From Lingula anatina (Eukaryota > Animalia > Brachiopoda), in the NCBI GenBank assembly GCA_051362555.1, contig CM120643.1, positions 29,144,848-29,208,847 of the forward strand: DNA of 64,000 nucleotides, given 5' to 3'. A model generated the notes under the pieces. It was given only the letters and a program-made list of their open reading frames with translations. It was not told the DNA's origin and made no database searches. The position numbers were made by a program, and so were the translations under genes. Below are positions 1-12,632 of the stretch, piece by piece (the first letter of the stretch is position 1; each line of letters opens with the position of its first letter).

Positions 1-2521
1 CTAGATGTGGGAACGGCGGTATGTATAGTATGATTATTATTTCCATTACTTATCAACGGTTTTTGAAACAGCCACATTCGTCTCATGAGACTGAACAATG
101 TAGATATTTATAATTTTAAAATAAAAATTCTGAAACAAACCAACAAAAATGACAAATACCGATGCACCTAAAAGCACACACTAGAGGCAATTGGAAATTA
201 TTTTTTTTCATTTTAAGCTTTGATTCGATTCTGTTACACCAAATTAAGCTTTAAGTGAATGAGCTTTTAAGCTTTAACTGATGAAACAGAAGAAACCCAA
301 ACGAAATTTTACAACGCGTTAGCTTCATATATAAACGTATAAAAAGTATGAATAAAGCATATATAAACTGACAACTAGATTTTTCTAAGCCTAGTGTATT
401 TCTCTTCCAGGTATCCGAACGCGCACGCACACACGCCAATATCCGGGCAACTGCGGCGCGTGGGCGAGTGCAAATGGCTGTACGGGCACTGCCACAGAGA
501 CAGACAACAAATGCGCACAACCATGCCAAAACGGAGGAATAGCAGCAAACAAATTCTGCCTGTGCACTCTGCAGTTTAAAGGAACTTGTTGTGAACTGAG
601 TAAGGACACACTTTATGTTAGTCTAAGTATTTTGAGGATTTACAAGTATTAGTATATATGTTAAAAAAGCACAAGGAGATTTGCTTTTAAGTAAGCGCAG
701 AATCTCTCTCACACAAGGACAGTCGTACACCTGCACACACACAAACACATATGAAAAATAATTATCCTCAGGTGGCGAAGGCCTTGATTGCAAAAACACG
801 TATATCATTACTCACAACTCTGGTCGACAATGGTGACATAGTTGTTTTTCATATAATTGGATCGATCTAAAATAAATAAACTTACCAACAAACGAAGTAA
901 TGAACGAACAAACAAACATGCAAATAATAAATGGAGTAAAAAACCAAGCAAACAATTCAATGTTTTGAAAGTGAATATATATAACTTTATTAATTTATTA
1001 AATACATAAATACATAAATAATTATCCCCAGGGAAGCAGTGTCAACACCCGGGTAAACCTGCCCACGGCTCCGTGACTCCTGACAGCGCACCTAACAACT
1101 ACGGCACCATAGCTCGGTACAGCTGCCAGACGGGATACAGGCTGCAGGGGGCCGCCACCAGGAAGTGTGAGGCTAACGAGCAGTGGGCGGGGACCGTGCC
1201 CTCGTGTCAACGTAAGTGTAAAATGTCAACATATGGCATGGGGTACTTTTCAGTGAAAAATTCAGTCGATTTCTATTTTAGAAATGCTAGTCGTGTATGA
1301 ATGCTGTTCAAAGTGAGCACGACTTTTAAGGCTCAAATTAGACAGCACGATACGAAAATGTCCTAAGAAAAGACTAAATATTATTATGTACCTTGTAACA
1401 GCTAAATAGCAGCCACATACATTTATAAAACTGTTATATCGATCATAAACCATGTAACTAAAAATATAAATACCAATAAATATAGATTACAAGCAAAAAC
1501 TTGAACCATTCCAGTTGTCAACTGCGGCGACCCCGGCACGCCCTCTTCCGGCAGTCGTTCCATGACAGCCACCACCTACCAGAGCACCGTCACCTACAGC
1601 TGTAACACCGGGTACAGGATCTCTGGAGGTGTGGTCAGGACATGTCAGGCCAATGGACAGTGGAGTGGATCTCTACCCTCCTGTCCGAGTGAGTGAGATG
1701 GTGACGTATAGGGTGGTGGGGGTTTAAGTTTTAGGCCACACAGTGAAAGTTCGATGTTGTATAAATTTTAATTTTCCTGGAATATCTACTCTCTAGGCTA
1801 CTCGTTATCACTAAGGTAGGCCTACACTGTACTATATCAAAAACTGTTTACAGAATTTTGATTCCACAAAACTTTTTGTAGTTAAAAGAATTTTCAGCAT
1901 CTTATAAATAATTTTTTCAAGACCTGAAGAAATCCCGCTCACCCATGACCTCTATTCCATGTTGCAGTAATATCATGCGGCGCCACTCCCCCACTCCCCA
2001 ATGGTATAGTCAAGCACTGCCACGGTCCCCCAGGCAATGTTTATAACACCCAGCTCCACTTCATATGTAACCAAGGTTACTATCTCCAAGGTACCGAGAA
2101 GAGAAAATGTCAGCTGTCGGGGCAGTGGGACGGAACTGCAGCCTCGTGTCATGGTAAGAGTTGTGATCATAACTATCGCAATCACATCCAACGCAATCAC
2201 AGCTAACACAGTCACAACTAGCACAATAACAACTAACACAATCACAGCTTACATTAGAATACGATCAATCCTAACACAATTACTACTTAAGTATGCACAC
2301 CTATAGCATTCACTTTTTTCTTCAAACGTTATCTATAAAAATTGATTAAAGGGTCTCAGTTGTCTGGCTGAGTGGGGCTGAATGACTGTCATGGTTGTTT
2401 ACGAACCCCTAACATATTTACACTTGATGCATCATACCTTACTCATTCACACTGATTACATTTATAAATAACACATTGTCATCAAATATTTTCATACCGG
2501 AAATTTACAAAATGCCCCCCT

Positions 2522-2567
<46 letters not shown>

Positions 2568-4703
2568 CGCGCGCGCAAACACACACTTATCCCCCTATGA
2601 AAAATAATTTCATAAAGGGGAAAATATCAGCTATTATTTTGTCCAATTCTCCCGTTTTAGCTATTACATGCCCGGATCTCACTCCCCCTGCAAGTGGCGC
2701 GGTGTCACTGGCTCAAGGGAAAACCTTTGGAAAGAAGGCGACTTATTCTTGTTCTACTGGCCACAGACTTCAGGGGAGCGTAACAAGAACTTGCACAGCC
2801 AGAGGAAACCAAGGAATTTGGAGTGGTTCGGCACCTACTTGCCCACGTGAGTATTTTACATTAATTTTATTATTATCTTTTTTTATGTTGTGTGAGAAAA
2901 TTATATTTCATTTCTATAAAACATTAAATGAGTAATTTACTTGATATTCTATGAATGTTACATTCTACATTTCTAGCCGTCAACTGTGGCGACCCCGGCA
3001 CGCCATCTAACGGCGTGAAGAACGGTAACAGTTACACGTACACCAGCGCAGTGACGTACCAGTGTGTACCAGGCCACTACATGACCGGACAGGAGAGGAT
3101 TACCTGTAACGCCAACGGACAGTGGTCAGCTGGGAAACCCACGTGTACAGGTAGGGTGACACGTGGCATTACGTTATTTGTCTTCTTTTTCACACAAAAA
3201 TAAAGAAATGAATCGAAAAATAAGGAATAAAGGAATAATTATTTTAAGATAATTTTAATTTATAAAGACATAGAACCATAATGTTGATAAAAAAAGGTCA
3301 AATCTCCTAGACCACCCTTCTTACAATCGACATTAAAACTATTAATAAGGTAGTCACTGATCTGAGTGCTATCAAAATAAAGATATTTGAATAATTAATG
3401 TCACATTTGTATATCAGGTGGTAATTCCATCTTCTATAATCTAAAAAATAATTAATTGCAAGCCTATACAAATGATACCATGGACAATCATTTGCCATTT
3501 TTAGTTGTTTAATATATTTATCTGTTTGCTGAGAGCTACTGAAATTAAAATGCATTTATTTATTTATTTATTCTCAGCGTGTCCTAGGAACCAGTACAAG
3601 CCGGGAGTCAATGCCCGCACTTCCTGCCTCCCGTGCCCGGTGAACTCCCACACACAGGGAACTGGAAGCGTTGATCAGAAGAACTGTTTGTGTAATACAG
3701 GATTCCGTGGCCCAGCCGGCGGTCCCTGTGGAGGTGGGTATCGAGTTTTGAAATAATTATCTTTTGTTCTATGTATATTACCGTATTTTCAGTAGTCATT
3801 TTTGTGTTTTTTTTTTATTTGTCTGCCTAAATTTGTACACTTGCTACGCAAAAACATTGCAGTGTCGGAGCCTTAAAATTATCACCAGCATATCTGCATC
3901 TTTAAAAAAAATCTCGTTATTTTTAAATTCAAAAAGAGATATAAAGTAGCCTTAATTTATTACAGATATTCACTGTTAATCACAAAATAATTCACCCATT
4001 TCAGAGGTCACGTGCCCTCCCCTGCCTGCCCCAGCCAATGGGAAGGTGACGGCGTGTCAGGTGTCCATTAACGACGTCTGCTCATTTGACTGTGACAATG
4101 GCTACATTCTCAGCCCTAGCAACCAGCAGAGAAAATGTCAGCCAGACGGATCATGGACGGGATCCGATGTCACTTGTTTGCGTAAGTGACTGATGTGTTG
4201 TCGGAATTATTAGTGTTTTGCCTTAAACAAAAACAAGTTTCGTGCAGATCTTTAAACCAAAATTGTTTTTAAAACGTGAAGTCTTATTTTAGTTCTCTCG
4301 TCTGGTTCTTCAACAAGCATGCCAAACATCAACCCTATTTTCATTCATAAAAATGATCAACAACTATTTGTACATACATCACTCAGATTGATGACTTTAT
4401 GCCTTTCATATTTGTATTTATTAATAAATTAATTTCTTTATTTATCTTTTATCAGCGTGTGGTCAGAACACGTACAAGGCTGGTCCTGGTCAGTGTACCC
4501 GGTGTCCGGCAGACACTCACACCACAGGTACTGCCCGTATGTTGGACGGCTGTATCTGTAACGACGGCTTTACCGGGCCCGGTGGAGGACCGTGCCAGGG
4601 TAGGTGGCAGTGTTCTTCTTATTAATTTTATTTCTTGAGTTGTTTTTGTCATTGTTTGATTGCAGAAAACCGGGGTGAAGAATTTGTGTGAGACGATTGA
4701 GTC

Positions 4704-4748
<45 letters not shown>

Positions 4749-7318
4749 TAGAATATTTATAGAAGTTCATGTGAAAAGTGTCAATTTCTGTGAATGCGCT
4801 CTTCCTTTCAGATGTCAACGAATGCTCTCGACACAATGGCGGCTGTGAGCAGAGCTGTGAGAACACTAGAGGAGGTTTCCAGTGTAAATGCTCCATTCCG
4901 GGATACAAAGTAAACCCTGCCGACCGAAAACGTTGTATAGGTAAGATGTTATTTCACATGAAGTTCCAACCCACTATTGTTTACCCTGTGTTTCAGAGAT
5001 AACTGTGAACGACAAGGCAATGGAGGTGAGGTCACCAGATGGGCCTCTATCTGAAACACAGGGTACACTTTTTATCCCTCTGTTTTATACTTTGCACAAA
5101 GTATTTCTGAGAACCGCTGTAACTTGCAGTGCAAGGGATGTATGCATTAGGAAGCATTTAAGGCAGTAAAACTTATCCAAGCCTCAGTTTGATGCACTGC
5201 TTTGCTGTTGTTTTCAATCGGCAGACCTTGAAACCCAAATATATCGATTTCATCCTTGTGGATTAAAAAAAAGAATTTACAGAGTGGGGACATATGAAAC
5301 ATGTCTTCATTAACTAAATGGTACTCTAGATTACAGTGTGTTTGTAGGGCCTAAAACACGAAGTTTAAAGTCTTCGATATAATTTTGCATTTTCAGTGGA
5401 AAAACGATGTTCATCATTCACGACCCCTACAAATGGCGGCATCGTCTGTCACCATAAGAACGATACCAATACCGACCGTTGTCAGGTGAAATGTAATGAC
5501 GGCTTTGAGCATCCCGTGAGAAGCAACCAGTTCGAGGAATGCGGGCCAGCAACGAACTTCCAGTGGTCGTATGAGATTAATAACATACCTATCCCTGCTT
5601 GTGTTGGTAGGTATAGTTTGTATTATTTTCTAATACTCTGCAGGGATAAAACTAGTTTTTATAATGTTAAGATGTTAATGTTATAATGTTAAGAGTCTAT
5701 CAAACCCAAAACATGGACTATTCTTGTGGTGCAGTTCTTGTCTCGGTATGTGTGGAACAGTCTGTGGGGAATGAAATAGTTTTCCACGGTCTTTTTCGTA
5801 GATTTTGAGTCTGTTACATAGGCAATTCAACAAATCATGGTGATCAGTAGTTTAAGAGATTTTTCATTTTTGAGACATGTCATATATATCGTCAACGAAT
5901 GTGTTTGATTTACCAAGTACACTTTGCACATTTCAACGCTGATTTCATGTTTTTTTTGTTTTTTTTCAGACTTTAACTTTCTCGTTTACAATATAAAGAT
6001 AAGTTATGACTTGACAAACATATTTCTATCTTCCAGAGCAATATTTTCCTGGCGTGATCGTCGACGCAGAAATCGCCTACTTTGTGGCCAGCTGCGACCA
6101 GCTGACAGACCAACAGAAACAGGACGCTATGAACGCGTTCCTGCAGCTTCTGCGAGGACAGGGAGTGTGTCTGGAGAACGGAAGAGCGGTGTGTAACGTC
6201 ACCGACCTCTGGATAGAGTGTGGAGAAATCGACTTAAGCGGAGGCATTCAAAAGAGGGACGCTAGCTCCAGCCGCGTTCTCAAGTTCAAATTCAAACTGA
6301 CCACGGACCAGAAGCCGGTCAGAACTATGAACTGTGGACGCTTCTGTGACGGACAGGCCGTGTGCGACGCTTGCTTCACCAATCACGTCCAGTCCACTGT
6401 CAGAAAGGTGACAGCAGAGCAGGAAAAATTACGGGAGGTTTTTGGAACACAAGCTGCACCAGACGCGAGACCAAATCCTCAGCCTCGACCAGGCGTTTCC
6501 ACAACCTCTGGTGCTGGCGTCGCACCAAAGTCCTTTAACAGAGGAATAACTGCTTTCCGAAGTAACCTAGCACGAAACTTCAACAGAGTTATCCCAAGCA
6601 CCAGTGGTCAAAGCCCCGTGAGACCAACTGAAGCAGTGACGACAGCAGCGCCGCCTAGGGGAATGATGAACATCGGAGGGTTAGTTCTGATGCCTGCGCC
6701 CACCGGGTTACAGATGATGTCTGATGTCAAGATGGCGTGTGAAACTGGAATGGAGAAAAAACGTGACATGTGTGGTAAGCCAACAAAGGTCAAAATGACC
6801 CACAACGGTTCATATGCGTGTTGCCTTCTGACGTTCTTTATTTAAAAAATGGATCGAATTGTTCTTTTAATGTATATTTTACCTCAATGGTTGTTACCAC
6901 TTTTAAGATGAAAATCGCCAAAAAAAAAAAAAAAAAGAAAGAAACGGCAGCGTGTATAGAAGATGCTTTTCCCCTACTATAACTATAATTGGTTTTGGAC
7001 GTATATTGTCTTGACTTGTAAGCCAACAGTAAATCTGGCAGTCAATATATCTACCTTCATTGTTAGGCAAAAGGAGTTCACCAATTCTCTCAGTCAAATG
7101 TCTGAAGTCCTTACTTACGTAGCCTTTGTTTCCCGCTATTTTATTTGAAATGTTTTCTGTTTTCAGTTCCCTGTACACCGGGAAGTAATCTGCCGCCAGG
7201 TAGCAGCAGGTGCGAGCAGTGCATCGCAGGAATGTACCAACCGGAAGCTCAGAAGACTTCCTGTATTCCCTGTCCTGCCGGGAAGACCTCGCCAAGGGGC
7301 GCTATCGGATGTGCATGA
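1..7318 (+). CDS. 5'-truncated multi-exon gene for a mosaic extracellular protein (TSP1-like, EGF, sushi/CCP x7, GCC2/GCC3 cys-rich repeats x3, EGF-Ca); SVEP1/SCUBE-like domain content
   Basis: GT-AG exons joined in one frame: <1-18, 411-599 (GIRTR..C + CQNGG..C.C...FKG.CCE), 1032-1211, 1515-1688, 1968-2153, 2661-2846, 2977-3150 (five sushi: C..P..P..G...Y.C..GY...G...R.C...G.W....P.C), 3578-3733 (CPRNQYK..C.PCP), 4005-4181 (sushi), 4456-4599 (CGQNTYK..C.RCP), 4812-4940 (DVNEC..NGGC..C.N..GGF.C.C), 5397-5606 (sushi-like), 6037-6774, 7167-7318 (C.PG..C..C..G.YQ.....C.PCP, TGA). All introns are phase 1. No TM segment before the stop. Confidence 0.9.
2524..2563. repeat. (CA)n microsatellite
   Basis: Direct reading. 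Others: (GA)n 4706-4745, (TA)n 9915-9958, (GT)n 30787-30818, (AT)n 34431-34469, (TAATA)n 37975-38020, poly-T 59129-59161. Confidence 0.95.
4982..5065. mobile_element. Tiny (84 bp) inverted-repeat MITE in an intron
   Basis: TACCCTGTGTTTCAGA (4982-4997) and TCTGAAACACAGGGTA (5050-5065) are perfect 16-bp inverted repeats. Flanks CACTATTGT / CACTTTTTA match 6/9, possibly a decayed 9-bp TSD. Confidence 0.6.
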
Positions 7319-8010
7319 TAAGAAATACAGAACTCGGAAGAGCCTTACGAGCAACTTTTGAAAGACAAAATAATAATATAGTAATCTTATAATTCAAGAA
7401 AATAGAAATGAAAAAATGTCAAAAAATCTAGTAGGCTACTACATGTAAGTTTGAGGGGACCAATCTTGTAGATTGTGCAATGGGAAGTGTTGATTGCATT
7501 GAGGTCAAGATTTTTTCCTTTTTTATTTATTTCATTTTTATTTTTCTTTTAAAGTTACTCAACATAAATTATTTGTAGACCTATATTTAGTCAGTGTGCC
7601 AATTATCAAGAAGGGAGAATAAAACAGATTACAAAAAGAGACAGGCGATCAGCATTTTAACTGTTTCATCGGCTTTTAAATTTTACAATAAAATGATACG
7701 ATTAATATCTTTATCTGAAATAGAATCCTTCTTAAATGGTCAACCAGCTGTAAGCCAGGATGATATAACTACCATGTATTTTTAAGTACTTCATGTGCAC
7801 TAACACACTGTCATGTGCACATTAAAAAAATTTTGGTCACAATCACCGCCCGTCACAATTAGTGAAGAACAACTAACACAATGCTGTAGACCGCCATCAT
7901 AGCTGACTCACATTAACATACCTGTAGCTTAGACTGGCGGGTGCGAGATATAAAGTACCCCGACCTCTAAACACACACACAAACACACACACACACACAC
8001 ACATACAAAC

Positions 8011-8160
8011 CAGGGCCGTAGCCTGAGCAAAATGCCAGGGGGGGGGCAGTAAGCGGACACGAGGGGGCGAAGCTACCGAGGGGGGTGGGTGTGGTGTGTA
8101 AAATTCCAAATTCCAGGGGGGGCAGCTGCCCCCCCTGCCCCCCCGGAGGCTACGGCCCTG
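8011..8160. mobile_element. GC-rich hAT-like MITE, 150 bp
   Basis: 13-bp perfect TIR CAGGGCCGTAGCC ... GGCTACGGCCCTG; direct repeat CAAAC on both sides (8006-8010, 8161-8165). Confidence 0.8.
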
Positions 8161-9357
8161 CAAACACAGCACAGAAAACTTATTGCCACGCCATATAAAA
8201 AGCACTATAGAAACCCACCTCTAGAGCTATCAGCATGCCTATGTTCCCTTACACTCAGGGTCCATCAAAATGTATAGCTGCTTACTACTGAACTTAGAAA
8301 GTGTGCTTATATAATAAAAGTACAGCGTAATCTTTAGGTATCAAATTTTGGCAAAATATCATCTAGTCGCCGGCCCAGCGGTATTCCACCTTATTCAATC
8401 ATCTTGTTTACTGCTGGACAGGCGATCGTTTGATAGCTGAATAGGCCTATGACAGCGCCCATTTTGTATTATCCTGTTTAATCATGAAAACTTCAATATA
8501 CTCCAGGTACGAAGTCAGTCTCATTCTGATAACAACTGTCCCGTGACTGTGTTTCATCTTTTCTCAAATATTTATAGTGATCGGCAATTCTTGGTGTGCG
8601 GCGGTGTTTTGTTTAATGTCGTCCCGGGGCGGTCAGTCTTCAAAGTCTTCCATATAATTAAGTAAATAAACATCAGACAGGGTCCTTACTGTTCGCAGCG
8701 TTTCATAACGGCGTCAGATCTATGAGACAGTTAGAGGTCGCTGGTTTAACAGAAACAAAACGGCACGTGGTGACGTCGTGGGTAGAGGGGAGGTGGAGGG
8801 GGGGGCGACAAAGGGAGAATAATAGAGCCTCATTACTGGATCTAGGAGGAGGGTAAGGGGTGGTGTATGTTAGAAATACGTTTTGTCTCAATGGTCGAAA
8901 GGAATAGATAATGTTTCTTTTCTCCTCTTTTTTAAAGATCATGGATCATACAACATAAGCGTATATTTGTCGTACGGATTGATAAATAATGTAAAGTGTA
9001 TTCATTTCCTTAAAGCTAAGATCTAATAAATGGTATATTAGATCTTAGCTTAAAGTGAAGGGAAAGAATTAATGGCATTAAACTTCCACTGGAATAGATT
9101 TTGACGTTTTAACCCTGTAAGCATAATGTCAACCATGATATATTCATTCAATCAAATAACGTATCCCTATGGTGGCCCCTATTGGATATTTCGACTTTTC
9201 GAGTTTGCGACTTTTCGAGTTTTCGACTTTTCAACTTTTTTCTGCGGACGGCTTTTTGCTGCGGAACTTTAACACATTTGCCACGCGAAAAGCAAGCGAC
9301 TTAAACAATGGGAAATCTTATTAGATATTATTTTAAAGCTGGATACACAGCAACTGA

Positions 9358-9911
9358 CCCAGCGGGCAAATTATGTTGTTTTAACGTTGAAACAACGTTG
9401 AACCATAACGTTGAGAAGACATTGGATAAACACTGGATTTGAAAGTTGTGTCAACCTCAGATAACAACGTTGTATCAACGTCAGAAAACAATGTTATATC
9501 AACCCCACCCAGCGGGAAATTATGTTGTTTAAACGTTGAAACAATGTTGAGCTTCAACGTTGACAAGACGTTGGATTAACATTGGATTTGAAAATTAGAT
9601 CAATGTCAGATAACAATGTATCAACCCCAGATGTTGGACAACATTCTTGCATAAAAAGACATTAAAATGACCTGAAATGTTTTTATTTTTGGTACAAAAC
9701 ACAGGTACACAATTTTAACATACACTGTAAAAACATCCAAGTGCCTGCTTTGTCTGATTTTTTCAACGCATTTAGCTCCTAAGCATGTTTTGCACCTAAG
9801 CATGGTACACCCTTTTAGCCTGGATGTGTTTAGCAGTAGGACATGTTTGATGGCTAAATATATGTAGGGTATAAATGTATGGCCTTCAAGTTAAAATTTC
9901 CAAGGTTTAGA

Positions 9912-9961
<50 letters not shown>

Positions 9962-10482
9962 AAGATAACTATAACTATATATATACATATATATCAAAGT
10001 CACAGTCACCTCAACCTGTCTATCTATAACAGGTTACCAAGAACTGTCAACTTTATTAACTTCACCCCAACATATACAGCAACTTATTCATCCTAGTGTT
10101 AGCTGGAATTCATTGGAATGTATTTCTGAATAACAAGACAAGAAAATTCACTAGTTCACTAAAGACACAAAACAACTGTCACTTTTACTTTAAAACCCTT
10201 TTGTTATTATTTTGATAAATTTACTTACAGTATTGATAAACAAAGTATCACGTTTTCAATAATTAATATTTTAAATTACAATATCCATGTCTTGCATCAC
10301 GACGACCAAACAACAATGTTGAGTCAACGACCAAAATACAACGTTGAGTCAACGTCACATTATGACGGTGTTTTGACGTGGCTGGATCAACGTTGATTTT
10401 ACGTTGAATTTAGGTAGATCAACGGCAATTCAACGTATCAACCTGTTTTCAACGTTGATCCAACACGACTATACCTGCTGGG
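9358..10482. mobile_element. Non-autonomous CCCAG..CTGGG element (EnSpm/CACTA-like) with AACGTT subterminal repeats
   Basis: Termini CCCAGCGGG / CCTGCTGGG; 2-bp TSD GA (9356-9357, 10483-10484); dense CAACGTTG-type motifs at 9380-9640 and 10310-10465; the left ~150 bp is duplicated in tandem (second CCCAGCGGG at 9508). Confidence 0.8.
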
Positions 10483-10806
10483 GAGATTGCTAAAACTATG
10501 TCACTTGCCCATGGCACCTATGTAAGGTGAGTGTAACTTTCCATATAATATGGTACCGGAAAGGTTAGTAACCTCAGTCATCAAACCTAATTATATTGTA
10601 ACTGATTATGTAAGGGGTCACGTCGATGTGCGGAAGTGTCGGGGTATCGGGATGTAGTCTTATGTAATACCAGTTTTCAGTGCTTACTCAAGCCTTGAGG
10701 GCTTTGCATATTTATTTATTTGTTTTTTATTTTGCAAAAAGATGTCATCTTTGCTCCCCCCTATCACTCTGACCCCCCCCCCCCTTTCATCAAGCATTTG
10801 ATATGC

Positions 10807-11272
10807 TACCCTCTACCAGGGCGACTGATAGATTTTTCACAGATATTCACAGATATGTCTCTAGCTAGATAGATGGTCATTTTGGTCTGAAGTCACCCTG
10901 TTGAGAAATCTCAAGGTTGATTACATGGCTGGTAATTGTTTGCATAACTGCTCAGGCACTGCCACTTAGCAGGTCCAGTCTTAGTCTGCGTGACAGCAAT
11001 CAAGACAGTTAATTGCTCTGACTTTAATCACTTGCTCTTCTGTGACAGATAAAAAAGCCTTAGACTGGCTGGGTAACGAGCTGTTATCACATTGTTGTGA
11101 AGCTAAGCTCATGCAGAGCAATTACAAAGCCTTTGGCGTGCGCGCAGAGATAATTGTTTCCACATGGGATTTCTCAACAGGGTAACTTCAGACCAAAATG
11201 ACCATCTATCTATCTAGTGGCATATCTGTGAATATCTGTCAAAAAATCTATCAGTCCCCCTGGTAGAAGGTA
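10807..11272. mobile_element. Fold-back MITE with ~105-bp TIRs (Mutator-like)
   Basis: TACCCTCTACCAGG..GATAGATTTTT..CAGATATTCACAGATATG..TAGATAGATGGTCATTTTGGTCTGAAG.CACCCTGTTGAGAAATC is mirrored at 11167-11272. Flanks TTGATATGC / GAGATATGC match 7/9, suggesting a 9-bp TSD. Confidence 0.8.
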
Positions 11273-11605
11273 GAGATATGCCCAGTGTTGCCCCTAGGTG
11301 TTTTCTTTTGTCAGCATATATGCAACACTGCTAACACATTTCAACACATTTCAATAGGTCTATTGTCTAGAGAATCACAGGAGTGATCAATGTTAGGAAA
11401 ATACAGGTCAATTAAAAAATCTGCTTGATTGTACCATTTTTAGTTATATTTTTTTGCATATTTTGAGAACTTTTGTTGATTGCATTTTATAGATCTTGTC
11501 AAGCACAAGACTGGTGGTGGTGTCCCTTTTTTTTTTTTTTTTTTTTGGGGGGGGGGGGGGGGCTCCATTTGAATGCGCTTACTCCAGCTGGTGGTGCAAT
11601 ATCCG

Positions 11606-11634
11606 GAGGCGGTATCGCCTCTCTGATCCTCTAG
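11606..11634 (+). mobile_element. Helitron/Helentron-like 3' terminus
   Basis: Hairpin GAGGCG-gtat-CGCCTC (11606-11621), then 9 nt, then CTAG followed by a T-run. It abuts the truncation point of the Academ-like ORF. No 5' end identified. Confidence 0.45.
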
Positions 11635-12300
11635 TTTTTAAGGGGATTTGGTAAAAAAACAATCTTCTCTGTACTTTATGGATATGCTGACTTTCTATCT
11701 GGAAAAACTGCTGTAGGAATTCTTGATGAAGTAGGTGCAGGGAACTACGGAAGTGGACTATTAGCTTTTTACCGTCTGTTAGGTTGTCTTTATTTTAGGA
11801 AATGTTGCAATGCTTTTTTGTCAGTGAATCCAGACAGTAGCCCCATTAGTTATTTCAGAAGTTTGTATAATAAGGACCTCAGTTATTCAGAAAATGTTTC
11901 TATTTGGTTAGGTAATATAAGGTCGGCTTTGTTAGGTGTAGAATCCTTGGAGCATGTATTGCCACTAGAATATAGCTTAGAGTTACACTGGTTAGGGACT
12001 TGTTATATAGCACAGATGTGGGGACAAGCAGGCCAGAAAAGGATAGAGTATTTAGATGTCTTAGAAGGGGGTACCAGTTAGAAGAAGGGAAACTCAAATA
12101 TAAATTCTCAACAAATGAGGTGGATAAATTAGCACAGGATAATTTTTATTCCTTAATGAAAGGGTGTAGTTGTAGGAAGGTAGACAACGTGTGGCAACCG
12201 TTGTGGATGTAGGAAGAAAAATAGAACATGTGGGCCAAGTTGTGTATGTGAAGGGGAGTGCTTAAATAGCTTAGATAATTTGAGAAATCTGCTGAACAGG
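11635..12300 (+). pseudogene. Decayed C-terminal fragment of an Academ-type transposon protein (XPG/H3TH-like nuclease tail + Cys-rich CXC finger)
   Basis: Translation from 11635: FLRGFGKKTIF..YADFLSG...GLLAFYRLLGCLYFRK...WLGNIR...LPLEYSLELHWLGTCYIAQMWGQA; after a frameshift near 12075, GYQLEEGKL..LMKGCSCRK; after a second, TCGNRCGCRKKNRTCGPSCVCEGECLN. The F.G.GKK, P...L.LH....Y...W and CxC..C..RCxC.K....C...CxC..CxN motifs are those I associate with AcademX proteins. Confidence 0.75.
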
Positions 12301-12343
12301 CTTTATTTCCAAGAAATCACGCGGAACAATAATAATGAAACGG

Positions 12344-12632
12344 TTTACATAACTGCTATATATAGATTTTCATTACAAAATTTAATTAACTGAATGTTAA
12401 TAATAAATGATACAATTAGATGGTGCTACCACAGACTTTTTACATAACTGCTATATTTAGATTTTCATTACAAAATTTAATTAACAGAATGTTAATAATA
12501 AATGATACAATCAGATGGTACTACCACAGACTTTTTACATAACTGCTATATTTGGATTTTCATTTCAAAATTTAATTAACTAAACGGTAATAATAAATGA
12601 TACAATCAGATGGTGCTACCACAGACTTTTTT
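12344..12632 (+). repeat. 95-bp tandem repeat x3, followed by ~3 looser TGCTTTGGGTTGCACACTT-containing units (to ~12950)
   Basis: TACATAACTGCTATA at 12346, 12441 and 12536; each unit ends GGTGCTACCACAGACTTTT (one unit has a mismatch). Confidence 0.9.

Noticed and set aside
2037-2306. Thr/Ile-rich mucin-like ORF
   Set aside because: It is an alternative frame of a sushi exon running into a degenerate ~15-bp intronic repeat (2161-2280).
9380-10465. Palindromic AACGTT clusters as a CRISPR or regulatory array
   Set aside because: Spacing is irregular, and they are bounded by TIRs and a TSD, so they are subterminal repeats of a DNA transposon.
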